From Podospora anserina (taxonomy: Eukaryota), in assembly GCA_017654855.1 (NCBI GenBank), contig CM030336.1, positions 3,348,001-3,412,000 of the forward strand: DNA of 64,000 bases, given 5' to 3'. The translations under genes were made by a program, and so were the position numbers. Of the stretch, positions 12,795 through 26,354 are shown one piece after another. The notes beneath the pieces are model-generated. The model did no database searches. It was not told the origin of the DNA and worked only from the letters and a program-made list of their open reading frames with translations. Position 1 is the first letter of the stretch, and each line of letters opens with the position of its first letter.

Positions 12795-12985
12795 AGAATC
12801 CCGAAATTTATTTTTGCCGCCCCGTTTTTATTTTCAAGTTTTATTTTCTATTAGCGCTTATGCGCCTGAGGCCATTAGAAGATAGGGGGGAGTGAATGTA
12901 AAAATGGGAAGAGAAATCTTCCTCAATTTTTGGCAGTATGTCTTCCAGAATCAGCATTGAATTTCCCTCGAACTGATAGTCTGGG
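12795..12985. repeat. Unclassified dispersed repeat, copy 1 (direct homolog at ~29430-29625)
   Basis: Shared tracts such as gtgaatgta.aa.at.gg.agagaaatcttcctca.tttttggcagtat.tcttcc and tgatagtctgg. Confidence 0.75.
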
Positions 12986-13293
12986 TGCATACTGCGGAAC
13001 TGTCTATCTACACCAGCCAGTTCCTCCGTATATATAGTCCTTGTGCCAAGCCGTGATCAGTCTCCCAAGGCCACTGATCACCTCGGCTCAGTCTGCTCAG
13101 TGCCCTGATCACACTGATCACCTCTGCTCAGTCTGCTCAGTGCCCTGATCACACTGATCACTCTGCTCAGTCTGCTCAGTGCCCTGATCACACTGATCAC
13201 TCTGCCTTCACTGTGATTGGCTCCCCTATACGTTCTCCCGATTGGCCCCTTATTCCCGTGGCCCCACAACCGTCCTGTACCAGGGTTGTGACA
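12986..13293 (-). repeat. Truncated LTR of the same family with an internal 39-40 bp tandem repeat (3.4 copies, 13072-13205)
   Basis: Core ccagttcctccgtatatatagtc. The reverse complement starts TGTCACAA. The 3' ~140 bp are missing. Repeat unit cactgatcac(c)tctgctcagtctgctcagtgccctgatca. Confidence 0.85.
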
Positions 13294-14609
13294 TATGAAG
13301 ACAGCCTTTGACTCGGGCGGCGCATTGGGAGGCATGCTCACACTTTCAGTCTTAAATCTTCTCAAATCAAGCACAATTTAGCATAGTGGTAAAAAACTGA
13401 CATTATTAATTACCAAAGGTACCTACGCACCCGGACACATACTGGGTACTCTTAACCGACTCGCACGAATCCTACTGGGCTTGCAAACGGTGATGAAGGA
13501 AGGCTTGGATGGAATTCTGACGACTGCGAGCGCTAACCAGGTACACAGTACGTAGATAGCTCGGATGTAATTCACAAAGCCTGTTTACGCGGAGCTATGA
13601 ATAGCATTGCCTGAGAACGAATGAGATTCCGTCCGATCAGATGGAGAGAAGTCAGGTATCTAGAGCAATGTAACGGTTTGCGAATAAACCACTACCAAAA
13701 GAGAAAGTTTCGCAATACTCTCAATGAGTAGGACAATCTATATAAGTATGGCTAGATTACTTCATTTTATCCTCGTAAACTAGACTGTGGTGGTTCGGGG
13801 TGCGGTCACAGGCCTAAGGGTATGAGTGAGGAAGTGGGACTCTCGGAGGATTCGGGGGTTCAGGGGTCATGTATATAAGTGGTCTGCTTCTAACATTCTT
13901 ATTTTAGACAGGACATCGACTCTTATTTCTTTAAATTTTATGCTTTACACGCGTGCTGGCAATTCTGGCCCTCTGATCAGGCCAATCCTGTGACAAGGGC
14001 TGGGTATCAGGGCTTGGAACTCATGGTTCAATTCAGGCTAATAATCTTCAATGGCCTCGAAGTTTGTGATACCGAAAAGAAGGAGAAAAGATACAGTCTT
14101 GGTGTTTCCAAACGCGTATTTTTATCCTCCCTCGCGTGGCCCGTGCCTTTGTTGGCCTCAGGCCATCGCCAAGTCCTTTGATATCCTACTGGGCCAGTGG
14201 GCTTCCTTTGATAACCGCCATGCCTCTGATTGTCTGCCTCACTTTGAACGAGACGCTCACAACTTGCAGTTACCCCTCCTTGCGGTGGTATCGACAGTGT
14301 TGTTGGTTGTGGTTGCAGGTGGGTGGCTTTTACCGTGTGACAAATCCGGTGGTTATTATGAGGCCTGCAAGCCCATAGTGTCTTCTCTTTGTCCTGCGTG
14401 AAGTGCGGCCTGCGAGCGAGTCACTGTCATGAAGGTGTGTTCATTCAGGGACCTGTGGACGGTATACTTGTGGTGTTGTGGTTGTTTTGTGTGTTTTCTC
14501 ACCATTTCAGTGGAAGTATAGTATGATACACTGTTAGAATAAGGTACCTATTAAAGTGCCCAGTTCACATGAAGTGGAAGGGTGATAGAGAGGAATGAAA
14601 TGCCTTGTG

Positions 14610-16280
14610 TTATCGCAAATTCCGAGTCTGGAACCATGGGTGATCCATAACCTCGGTGACCTTCAGTCTTTCGCCAACGTTCCAAACAAATATCCCTTTC
14701 AAGAGATGAAGTTGTGCGGTTTCTCTATTTCTCATGCCAAGATTCACAATCTCTCCTTTCAGGAAGCCAGCATCTTGGCCACTAGTGCCTGTTGGGAGAG
14801 TGGCATCCGGGGTTAGGTGGTTCGTTCTCAGCTTGCCCTGATAAGCTTTTGGGATTGATCTACAAAGGTCTTCCCATTGCTTCAGCATCGCCTCCTTGTC
14901 GTCAAGCTTGTCAGGTTGTCCCGCAAACCATTCATAGGTTAACTTCTCCTGAGGGTTCCATTCCGTCTGTCCCTCTCCATCACCAAATGGCAACATGCCA
15001 AGCATTATCTTAACAATGGTGCACCCCAACGACCAGACTTCGCTTTCAGGGCTTGGGTCTCGCCATCCAAATAACACCTCAGGTGGGGTGTATTCCTTTA
15101 GTAGAGCATCCTTCTGATCCTGAGCCAAGTCTCGGTGGTACATGTTATGGTATGGTGTAGTATTGACAAAGTGCTACCACGGAATAAAACCACTACGGCC
15201 CTGCAGGCCCAGAATATAACCATCAGGGATCAACCAGAATGGTGGCCCCACATCTCCTCAGGCGCAGTATATACTGTGACAGTACATTCCTCCCGGCGCA
15301 ATTTGCTGGCCATAGAACTCCTTAGGAGCGTACCAAGGTTTTGAGGTTCGACTCATTGAACCGCCAGGCGGCGCCCATATCAATGAGATAGGCCTTCGGT
15401 ATCTTATCATCATCATCCTCCGTATGGTAATCCGTAATATTCTTCCTCTTTGCCGCTGGCCTCGCAGCCAGAATCTCATCCAACAACTGGTAACCCAACT
15501 CTGCCTTCAAAACCAAAAAGTCCGGCCTCACCCCTCTAAACCCAGCTTCTTCCCCCTTAACCGGCAGTCCGTGTTATACCCCCTCGGACACCCCCTATAA
15601 ATCCCTCCCACCTCCTCCACCCTCAACCTCCCCAGCCCCCTAACCTCAAACAATATATTCTCCGGCCTCGCATCCCCATGACACAACCCCAACCCGTGTA
15701 TCGACTCGACCGCATCCGCAACCATGTAACAAACCTGCTTCTTCACCTTCCAGATACTCCTCCCTGATTTCTCCGCAAGATATCTTAGATACCCCTCGTC
15801 ATCAACCCTTGGTCCTAAGACAGGGTAAACCAACCCGCTCCTAATGTCGTTCATCCTCCCGTTGTCATTAATTTGGAATTTATCCAACGGCACGGCAAGA
15901 CGCAGTTTCTCATAGGCGATTCTTTCGCCTATTCCGAGGACGTCACGCTTTTGCCAGATGAAAAAGACTGTGTCCCTGTGGTGAATGCGGGAGGCGCGGA
16001 CGTGGAAGATGTGGATGGCTTTGTAGGGACGGCGGCGGGCGTTTTGGCCGAGGCAGAGCCAGACTGTGCTGTTGCGGCCATGGCCTAGTTTGTTGAGGAC
16101 GAGGAGACGGGAGGCGATGACATCTCCGGGGAGTATGGGGTGAAAGCCGAGGGAGCGGTAGAGATAGGGGGATTCGACGAGGGTGGGGAGGGATTGGGGG
16201 AGGGTTGTGGGGTTGATGAAGTTGATTGCTGGGGGGTCAGGGGTGGTGGTGGAGGGGGAGAATTGGTTGTTGCTGGTCAT
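14610..16280 (-). pseudogene. SRPK/CMGC-like Ser/Thr kinase, split by frameshifts and stops (probable pseudogene)
   Basis: GFHPI..GD, KLGHG..STVWL, HGDARPENILF, IDMG, YTPPEVLFG and SEVWSLGC are spread over at least three ORFs. The VAIK Lys position reads His (YKAIHI). Confidence 0.7.
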
Positions 16281-16594
16281 ATTTTGGTGGTTTCTTGGGT
16301 GTCTTGGAGGAGCTGTCTATTGATGTGAAGTCTAAAGGAAAGTTATTTCTATAGGTTGTTGAGAGAAGCTGAAATCCTTTCTCGAATGGTCAGCGGTGTG
16401 GAAGAAGTTCAAACAATCGCTTTGTCGATGCCCGTCAGTCTCTTTGTCACGGCACGTTTGAGTTACTGTAGTGAAAAAGCAAAAGACCCTCAGAGAAACA
16501 ATTCTTATTCCAATTCACGAGTATCCAAAATCTGCTAGTTCTCCAGTGTCTCATTCATTTCCCAAAAGCCAAAAGTCAAAAATCCTAACTGGGT

Positions 16595-17853
16595 CTATAA
16601 CCTGGTCTGTTGAGCAGGATTCCCGTAACGGGAAACCAGATCCCTGATGTCGCTGAGTACCCTAAACGGAGGTCAGGAAAGTAATAGACCTTTGCATGTT
16701 GTGGAACGCATCAAGTGCATTCAGGGCTTGTCACGTACTGCTCCCGCAAGGTCTGGTTATCAAAGAACAAGGCGGAGACGTGTGTGTTGAACCTACTATT
16801 AAAGCGTCATTAGCACAAAGTATCTCCTACACTATCCTTCTGGTGACATGCAGCTTGTAAAGATCAATTCGACCATCATAGTCCTCCTCAGGTGCTGATC
16901 GATTCACTCGTTGATGGTATGCCTTGACGTATTTATCGTCAAAACGATTGCATGATGGCTTCCATTGACCAAATTCATCTATAGTCTTTATCAGCACCTT
17001 TCACCTGATCGATAGGAATACCTAGCTTACACTCGTTATGTGCATAAAAGCAACAGGCGTCAAAGATCAAGCTACCCTCTGTTTCGACGTCTACGCCAGA
17101 ATTAGCGTACCACAAATCGCCATGGACAAGCGAGGGCTTGACAGATCGTCCTTCCGTCTCAAGTGGGCGAAGGAGTCTTGGGATGACAGTCTCAAAGAGA
17201 ATTGGTACTAGAGCATCCAATTCAGGATCTGGTCCTTTGGCTTGCATCTCGAGATCCAGTGCATGACGAAGACTCTTGGCGAAGAAGACCTCCCAGCTGT
17301 CTTCCCACTCCACCATTTGTGGAAGATTCCCGGCGTAGGTTGTGGTGTGGAACCCAAACTTGCCGGTCGGGGACTGGCTCTTCTGATGCAGCGTCGCAAG
17401 TTTTCTGGTGAACTCCTCGGGCTCTGGGAGCTGATCGTCGACCATTTCTCGAAACTCGCACAGGAAAAAGTAGGTGTCCGGAAGTGAATCATATGGTCCA
17501 TAGGCGATTGGCTTTGGCGCAAAGTCAGGGGTGACGGAATGGATTGCCTTCATGGACTCAAACTCTACCTTCACCATCTTGGAGCCGATCTCGCCAGACA
17601 AGACTTTGATGAAGAAGGACAACTCAGATCCATCCTCCAGCTCGACATCGATTCGTCCGGTGTTTGCCCAGAAGCTGACTCCATGGCCCTCGGTGGAAAC
17701 AACATTGGAGCCAACAGGCAGTTCTCGCCAATCGTGATGTTAGCGGAACCAACTGATAATGCAATGTTGTACAAGGGTACCTCTCAAAACAGCCGGATCA
17801 AGATCTGTGTTGTCTCCTCCGAATTCCAGCCCCGGTGCGCCGTTATAATTCAT
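16595..17853 (-). CDS. Fructosamine/ribulosamine 3-kinase family protein (multi-exon)
   Basis: FFIKV, EFESMKAI, KFGFHTTTY.G, PSLVHGDLW and FDAC.FYAHNE motifs. GT-AG introns link ATG 17853 to TAG 16595. Confidence 0.88.
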
Positions 17854-18133
17854 TGCAAGGCTTGGTTTGAGTAGCGCGAGAAGGTGAGGTTTCCAAATAG
17901 CCGCTGGATCCAATTCGAACGGCGAGCGGGGTAATAATGATGGGGGCGATGAAGGAGCAAAGCGGCGGTTGCTCACATCTGCAGAGATGCCTGAGGACGC
18001 CTTGATTCACTATAAAAGGATTAGTGCATGGTGTGAAACTGGCTGTCTCGAATATATCCGTTTGCTGCTCATTGTTGGTTTCAACGCCTCAACCTTGCAG
18101 ACAAAACCACCCACCGACCGTAAAACCTGCATC

Positions 18134-18679
18134 ATGACACCTACCCCGCCAATTGCGCCTCATGACCACAAGACCTACATGCGGTACGCTCTTGAACAGG
18201 CGAAGCTCTCACCACCCTCGCCTTCAAAGTTTTGCGTAGGGGCTGCTCTGGTTGACGCCGACGCGAACCAGGTTCTCTCAACAGGTTACTCGGAGGAACT
18301 GGCCCGCGACCGACCAAACGATCCCGGATCTACCCACGCTGAGCATTGCTGCTTCATCAAAGTAGCTGACGAGAATGGAATCCACGACTTTGACATCGCG
18401 CCTGTCCTTCCGCCCAATACGGTACTCTATACGACCATGGAGCCTTGCAACGAGCGGTTGAGCGGAAACCGGACATGTGTTGAGAGAATTCTGGGACTTG
18501 GGAGCGCGATCAAGGTGGTTTATGTCGGAATTCGCGAGCCAAATACGTTCATTCAAGATAACCAGGGTATCAAGAGGTTGGAAGCCGCTGGCGTGAAGGT
18601 TGTCTTGCTGGAGGACGACGAGACTCTTCGTCAAGAGATCCTGGAGGTCACGTTCGCTGGACATGAAAAGAGGGGTTGA
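18134..18679 (+). CDS. Zn-dependent cytidine-deaminase-fold protein (RIB2/DRAP-deaminase-like)
   Basis: FCVGA, HAE and TMEPC-x9-C motifs; VYVGIREP. Likely ATG at 18134. Confidence 0.85.
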   Translation: MTPTPPIAPHDHKTYMRYALEQAKLSPPSPSKFCVGAALVDADANQVLSTGYSEELARDRPNDPGSTHAEHCCFIKVADENGIHDFDIAPVLPPNTVLYTTMEPCNERLSGNRTCVERILGLGSAIKVVYVGIREPNTFIQDNQGIKRLEAAGVKVVLLEDDETLRQEILEVTFAGHEKRG

Positions 18680-19179
18680 GACGGGAGTGGGGGACTAGCA
18701 GGCTGGGGGTTGTCGACCACGAGCAATTCAGCAGGGCAATTCAAAATCAAACATATGCTGTCAAGAAATTCTCGATGAGATACTGTTGTCGTAAACATGG
18801 ATCGTGTGAAACTCAGTCAAAATAACTCGAAAATCAAAGTTGGAGCCAGTGTTTCATGACGTTGAGCCAATCAACGGGCGGGGAGGAACGGTAGCAATAA
18901 TATGAGGATGCACGGGAGGTAAGGGCAGGGGACTGGAAGCACGGGCGCGAACCTGCAGCAGTGCAGCCCAATGGTGCTGTGCCACAGCCACGGCCGGCGA
19001 GATGGTCCACGAGTCTTGTGCAGTCCATGTCGCAGAGTCCTCTTTTCCGCGCATCCACGAGTGTCACGACATCTCCAGGAGCATTCTCTGTAGCGACTTC
19101 TGGCCACCACAATACTCGTTAAGAAAAACATGGGTGACGCAACAAAAGACTGTCGTCTCTTGAGCCACGAGACTTGAAA

Positions 19180-22100
19180 ATGGTGAGTTCAATGTTCTGT
19201 CGCGACACGTTGGGGGTATTTAGCAATCATGTGCTGACAGGAATCTCATCCCAGTCCCTCGGGCGATTTCGACGAAGCAGGGATCGCAAGAGCACCTTCG
19301 ACATCAGTTTTCCCATCAGACAATTGACCGCCCATTCTCCAGAAGGCTCCGACCTCAGCCGCGCAACAACAATCGTCGACGATGGGGTGGATGATGCGAA
19401 AGGGCCGCTCGGGCTCAACACTCTACACGCACCTCCAGGCCCAACCTTCGATTTAGTATTAGTACATGGGCTTGGAGGAGGTTCGAGAAAGACATGGAGC
19501 AAAACAACATCGCTGAAGGATTACTGGCCTGCAGAGTGGCTGCCGAAAGACCCTGCCTTTACCAATGTTCGGATTCACAGCTATGGCTACAATTCGGATT
19601 GGACGAAAAGGAACGATAACTGCCTCAACGTTCACCACATTGGCAAGGCCTTCCTGGGTGATCTGGCGACATCGCCACATATCGATGGAAGTAACACCAA
19701 CTTGGTGCTGATTGGCCACAGCATGGGTGGTCTGGTCGTTAAGAAGACCTACATGTTGGCGCGTCAGGACCCGCTGTACCAGGCACTCGCCGCTCGAGTC
19801 CGTGCAATTTTCTTTCTTGGAACACCGCATCGTGGGTCAGACTCAGCAAAGCTCCTGAAGAATATCCTTCAAGTTGCTTCTTCGGCACCCGCTTATGTGA
19901 CAGACCTTGTTCGAGGATCCGGGGCTATCCAAAGCATCAACGATGAATTCCGCCAATACTCGGCCGATGTGGAGCTGTGGTCATTGTACGAGACACAAAA
20001 GCTTGCAGCCAAAGGGTTCAGCACTCTCATTGTCGATCCAGAATCAGCTACCTTGGGGTACCGTGAAGAAAGACAAATACCAATAAACGCTGACCACCGA
20101 TCCATTTGCAAATTCGACACACCACTTGATCCGAACTACGTGACGTTAAGGAACGCCCTCGCCTCCTCCATACGTGGAATAGCAGAAGCAGGTATGGGGC
20201 GTCCTCACGATCTGGAGATTTGGCAAGCAAATGCTAACATCATGAGTCAGAACTGACAGCCGCACAAATAACACAGCAAAGCACCATTCAGGATCTTGCC
20301 GACTTTCTCTCCATCAGCGATAACGTCGATGATGACTTCTTCACTGTTCAGGACGCGCGTGTCGACGGTACATGTCGGTGGTTACTGGACAAGAGCGGAT
20401 ATCAAAACTGGAAGAATGCGGATTCTGACAGCCCATCCATTCTCTGGATTGATGGAAAGCCTGCCACCGGCAAGACCGTACTGTCCGGATTTGCCATCGA
20501 CGACATCTTCGAGGCTGGCAGTCCATGCAGTTACTATTTCTTCAAACACAGCGAAAAGTCGAAATCCAAACTCAGCTCATGTCTGCGTACTCTTGCATTC
20601 CAGATGGCCATGCAGGATGCTGGTGTGCTTGCTAAGCTATCCGAGCTCCAGAAGACAAACCCCAACCTTGACCTGGAGAGCGAGCGTAGCATTTGGAGGT
20701 CGCTGTTCATATCGGGAATTCTCCCCGCCATGTCGAAGCCGCATTTTTGGGTGCTTGATGCCCTGGATGAATGCTCCAACGCCAAGTCTCTGTTTGAGTC
20801 AATTCTCTGCAAGATGGACGGTTCCGCACAGCCACTGAAGATTCTGGTTACAAGTCGGGAAACACCCGAGCTGTTAACGAGTTTCACTGCCCTTGGCCCG
20901 AAGCGGGTTCTTCGTGAGCAGATCTCCACCGAAGAAACGCTCCCGGATATTGAGCGGCTGGTGACAAGCAAAGCCCAGTTCATCATCGCTGAAGATGATC
21001 AGAGTCGCGGTAGATTGGTTAAACGAATTATCGACAAGTCCAAAGGCTCGTTCCTGTGGACCCAGTTGGTCCTTGACGAGCTAGCAGATACTTTCAGCGA
21101 AGAAGCAGTGAAGCAGGTTCTCGATGAAGTGCCGCGGGGAATGGAACAATTGTATCACAGGGCTCTAGAAACAATGAGTCGGGAGACAAGAGGGAAGCCA
21201 ATCATCAAGGCGGTCCTTGAATGGACGACCTGCGCATTAAGGCCCCTTACCATTCTGGAGCTAAACGTCTGTTTGGAGATCCAACTTAGGGATAGGTTTC
21301 CCCAGCTTCAAGACACAATTGCAGCACTCTGTGGTCAGCTTGTCAGTGTTGATAAACTCCAGAGAGTACAAATCATCCACGAAACAGCCCGAGAATTTCT
21401 GCTGGACGAGGGCTTGAGATCCGATTTCGCTATCGACCGAGTTCAGGCGCATACAAACATGGCCCAAGTGTGTCTAACCTTTCTTACCGGTAATGAGCTT
21501 CGTCCCGCAAGAATGCAAAGACGTCTTAGCACAAGCCAGCCAGTAACTAAGAAATGGTCAGCGCTTTACGCTTATGCGTGCACCGCATTCTCATATCACC
21601 TCTCCAAAGCCGACCCGAGCAGAAACGATCTATTGTCCTTGTTGGATACATTCCTGAAAGCGAACATCCTGACTTGGATTGACCACACGGCCCAGGGTAA
21701 AAGTTTGGGACCCATGGTGCGGTCCGCAAAGGAGCTCAAAACTTACACTGAGAGATGCATGGCAGAACGATCGCCCTTACGAAGAGACCTACAGCGCATG
21801 AAGACTTGGACCAAGGATCTTCAGCGAATTGCCGCCAAGTTTTCCGCTGCGCTCCTAACGTCCCCCTCTGCTATTTACTCCCTAATCCTACCATTCTGCC
21901 CTGAGCAGTCTGCCATACACGATACAAGTCCCAATGGGAAGCGAATCTCCATCGTGGGACTTGCCAACCTGCAATGGGATGACCGGTTGTCCTGTATCAA
22001 CCTTCGACAAGAGAAAACGAGCGCAATTTGTTACGGGGAGGAATTTCTTGCTGTTGGAGTGACAGGTGGCCGAGTTGGTCTGTACCATCCGACATCCTGT

Positions 22101-24218
22101 CAGGAATACCGCAGCCTGAACCATTGTGAATTAGTGAGGCAACTTGCATTCAAGGCCAACTCCAACCTCTTGGCTACCTGCGGCCTCAAATCAATCCGGA
22201 TTTGGAACATTCGGACTGGCGAGCTGCTTCAAACATTCCCGGCTCCTCGAAAGTGCGTTGGTCTCTGGTTTGATGAAGATCACCTGGTCGCTGTTTCCAG
22301 CAAGAACGAAATATGGTCCTGGGATATTGAAAATGAGGGATCAGCAAGCAAAAGGCCCATGGTCAGAGTAAATGATTCTCATAACACGGACTGTGAGGCC
22401 ATTCGTCAAGTCCCAGCCGCCGTATCCGTTGGCATAGCACACAAGATGCTGGCTGTTGCATACAGCGGTAAGCCCATAGTTCTTTGGTACCTCCAGGATG
22501 ACCAGTTCTACGGCTACTGTGGCAAGAAGCTTGTCGATGGCGAAACTGCAGCGCACCCCATTCAAGCCTTACAGTTCAATCCCAATCCGAATATTGAACT
22601 TCTCGCAGCATCGTACCTCGACGGGGATCTTGTCATCATTGATCCTTTCAGTGACCACGAAATCGAGAGGAAACGGGCCAGTTGCCACACACTGAGTGCG
22701 AGTGCAGATGGACGACTTCTTGCTGGCGGTGGTGGAGGGGGGGTCATTCAAATTTTCGAGTTCGACACACTCAAGCTTTTGTACAAGGTTCGGACATCTG
22801 ATCTCTGGATCAAAAGCCTCGCTTTCAGCCTAGATGGCAAGAATCTGGCTGATCTGCGAGGCTCACAGTGTAATGTGTGGATGCCCCCAGTCCTCCTTGC
22901 CGGTTCAATGGAAGACGACGTCAGCGTGGATACATCAAACACCTTCAACGACACACCACAAATTGAACAACGGGCCAAGATTGAATGTGTTGCGATCACA
23001 TCAGACGGCGTCATTTGTGGCAAAGACGATGGCTCGGTTACGTTCCATGATATACGAGGTGAAAAACTGCCAGAAACACTCTATTCGCACAAGGCCGCTG
23101 TTCAGATCTTGTCGTGGGTTGAATTGGCTCGAACGATCTTGAGCGTCTGCGTCTCAAACCGAGTCTTGGCGTGGTCTTTGGGGGACATGAAGTCTGTTGC
23201 AGGACATCAATGCTTGTTAGACATCAGGCCCGATTATGGCGGCAATACCATCACGCATATTCTTGCTGGCTATCCCTCGAAGAAACTTATCCTCTCAACA
23301 AGGACCACTGATCATCTGTGGGACATGGAGATCACCGCCGAGAAATCACACAGGACATACGACTCTGAAAGCCGGACACGAATATGGGTACAGCAACCAG
23401 CGTCATCCGAGCATGTTGTTTGTGTCAGATCAACAAGTGTCGACGTATATCCCTGGAATGCTTGGTCTGCCATGCCCGTCCTGAGGATCGCGCTGGGGAT
23501 TACTGTTGAGGGCTTGCAGCTCAAAAGCAGACCTCTATTTTATGGAGTCAAAGGAACACACATGCTGATAGAGCTCGAGGAGATTGATGGATCGGCGGAT
23601 ACGAAACTGATTCTGGCCTTTGATCTGTCTCGAGAAGGCCTATCCATGCCAGAGACTCCAAGGAAATTGATGGCAGCTCCCGCCCCAGCATTGTCATCGT
23701 CCGCTGCTTCAGCACAGGATCACCTTACCCAGATTCCAACTGTCACAGTCAGCCCAACTCCTTGCCTGATTCATCCCACTGAAGCGCCCAGCGGGATTAT
23801 CGCATCCTATCCTGAAGAAATCATCCGCAGAATAGCACACGTAATTGGAATTCAGGGCCACGGAAACCGCAGCAGGCTAGTGTTTTTGGATTCCAACTCC
23901 TGGGTTTGTTCGACGAGCCTCCCAGGAAACGACACGGCACCACGACAGCGAGAGACCCACGACGCGAAAAGCCAATCCTTGTCATGTACCAGGCATTTTT
24001 TCATTCCGTATGATTGGTTATCGGGAGTGCGGCATATGATTGGTGGTGTTGCTAGGGGACAAGACGTGGTTTTTGCAAAGGACGGTGATGTGGCGATTGT
24101 GAAGGGAGGGTTTGACTTTGAGGAAAGGGTTGATGTTTCTGCGGCGTCACCGGCTTCGGGTAGTCATGGAGGGAATAGTGGTGTGAGGGCGGGTTTGCTG
24201 AGGGTGCCAACAACGTGA
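19180..24218 (+). CDS. Fungal NLR-like protein: SesB-like alpha/beta hydrolase, NACHT, degenerate WD40
   Basis: VLVHGLGG, GHSMGG and FLGTPHRGS. Intron ~20192-20250 joins to the P-loop GKPATGKT (~20455) and VLDALDEC in frame with ORF 20604-24218. The C-terminus is WD-like. ATG 19180 is followed by a GTGAGT intron. Confidence 0.9.
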
Positions 24219-26354
24219 TCTCCATACGTCCAAGGAAATGATGCCACAGTGTGTATCCAATATTTGACAGAAATAGGCAATCAGGGAGCTAATTATAACC
24301 TGGCGGTGGATATTTCTAGCGCGGACTTGTGTCGACATGGCCAGACCGAAGTAGTAGGTACATAGTAGAGGGGCGGAACTAGCTCCGCTGTCCCATTAGT
24401 GTGTCAGGTCTCTCGGTATTATGTCTCGAGTAAGGTGGCTATAACTACAAATCTGTTACTAACTAGATGCTGCCCGCACTTATGGATTTATCTTTGATAG
24501 GTGTTGGCGAGTAGATAATGTGGTAAAAGGAAGCGATTTGTATTGTAGGAACTCTTTGCGGCAGATTAGTATTGCTGGTATGGATGATGAATATGAATCG
24601 TAGTGCTGAGATCGGTGACCTTGGTTGAGGATCTGTTGACGTCAGGCCAAAGCGCAGAATCAAAACCCTGCCTGCAGTGAGTGATGATGCTAGATAACGG
24701 TGACAGCAACGAGTGTTGTGGTTAAACACTCACCATCCCGGCAACTGGCAATTGGCGGGTTCATCTTCTCTCGATGTAGTGAGTGTATTATGGCAACGCC
24801 GGCACAGCCCTCATCCCTAGAAGGCTGCTGCCTTGACCGACGCCTTTCAAAGCAGTGGGATCAGTCACCGGTCGAAGGATAGGATATGATGCAATAATAA
24901 CGCTCGGCCTGGAAAGCCGTTTCTTGGTGTCTACTGGTCAGATGATGATTCAAGCGGAGCGATGTTTGTGTGAGTGGCTTGAGCAAAGATTTAGTGTGTG
25001 CACTTGCAGAGGGTTTATATATTAGGTCAACCATGTAGCCCAATAAGAAAAGACGCGCTGATGCACATGACCCTTGGCGCAATGGTCAGCTTCTTGCATT
25101 TCATATGGACCACTCCCTTTGGGGGAGAGTGGGTAAATGACTGGTGCGAACCTCAGGTCCAATCCCTGAACGTGAAGTTTTGCTTTTTTATTATTATTCA
25201 ATTTTTGTTTAATTCTTGTGTTCCTGCCCTGGCAACGCTTACTTGTATATTCTAACCCACAATAATGCAAGGAGCTTATAATTAGATAACTGAGCACGTT
25301 CTTGTGTTTCGCAACTTTACGGCATCATCAGTCCTTCAAAAACAAGTTGTGTAGGTGGTGGTGCAGTCTTTTGGTACCGTGCCAAGAGATAATCAGCAGG
25401 AGTGGGCGGGACGGGCCGTAGCAGGGTGGCTTGGCAGCCCACTTTTCACATCAACATTGCAATGAGGCTGCAGACTACCCATCTGCCTCCACTGCGCGAC
25501 GGACACCACAAAAAGAAATAGAAAGTGTGGGAGATATGATAGGTATTGAAATAATCTATGGGAAATGAGGGACATGGTGAGCCTAGAAATACATGGTGGG
25601 CTCAAAGCTAGAGATGTGAGCAAAGGCAATCAAGCACAGGCAAAGGAGGCAAGGCACAGCCTGTCAAAGGCGCAAAGCCAACAAAGCAATAAAAGTCAAC
25701 AGAAAGTACATTATGGGTGCCATTTTATCACGGCGCACCACAGCCATTTTCTGTTCAAGAAGCGACCCAATACCTCAGCTGGCTCTCAAGTTGCACCAGA
25801 TATCGGCAGCTAATCGGACCACCATCTCCAGCATAGCAGTCTAGGAGGTTTGGAAGGTACAGCAGTGTCATGGTGATGGTCATGGCCATCTCATCTGTAT
25901 GCAATCATCTTCCAACTTACCTGGAGCTCCTAGCTGTCCATCCAAGCCACAACTCGAGGTAATATATCTCACAAGTTAATAAGCAAGTCAAGCCTGCCAT
26001 ATATTTACCTGATCCCAGATATTATCGAGTCTTATCCCGCTCAATGTAGTGATATTTGTCCCGGTGGTGACGTTGTTGTTTGTGCAAGCCCTAAATCTCA
26101 CCCTTATCACTCCGGGAAAACTTGGTGAGGTCAGCTAACTTAATAAAGTAAGGGAAATCTAACTAGGAGCAGGATTGACTTAACTTGGCTCGTTGCCTGT
26201 ACTGGGTATCAAGCTTCCATTGATTACCTATTGTTTACGCACCCGGTCTAACATTATTGATTGTGAGAGCAGCGTTTACAGGATGCAGTATTTTATCCGC
26301 AAATGCCTTTATTATCGTTTACTAGCCGATGATTTATTTTAGGAGCAGGGTTTT

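Noticed and set aside
13078-13374. 98-aa repetitive ORF
   Set aside because: Arises from the tandem repeat inside an LTR.
25560-25720. A/G-rich tract sharing aaaggcgcaaagc with ~29675
   Set aside because: The match is too short and low-complexity to call a third repeat copy.
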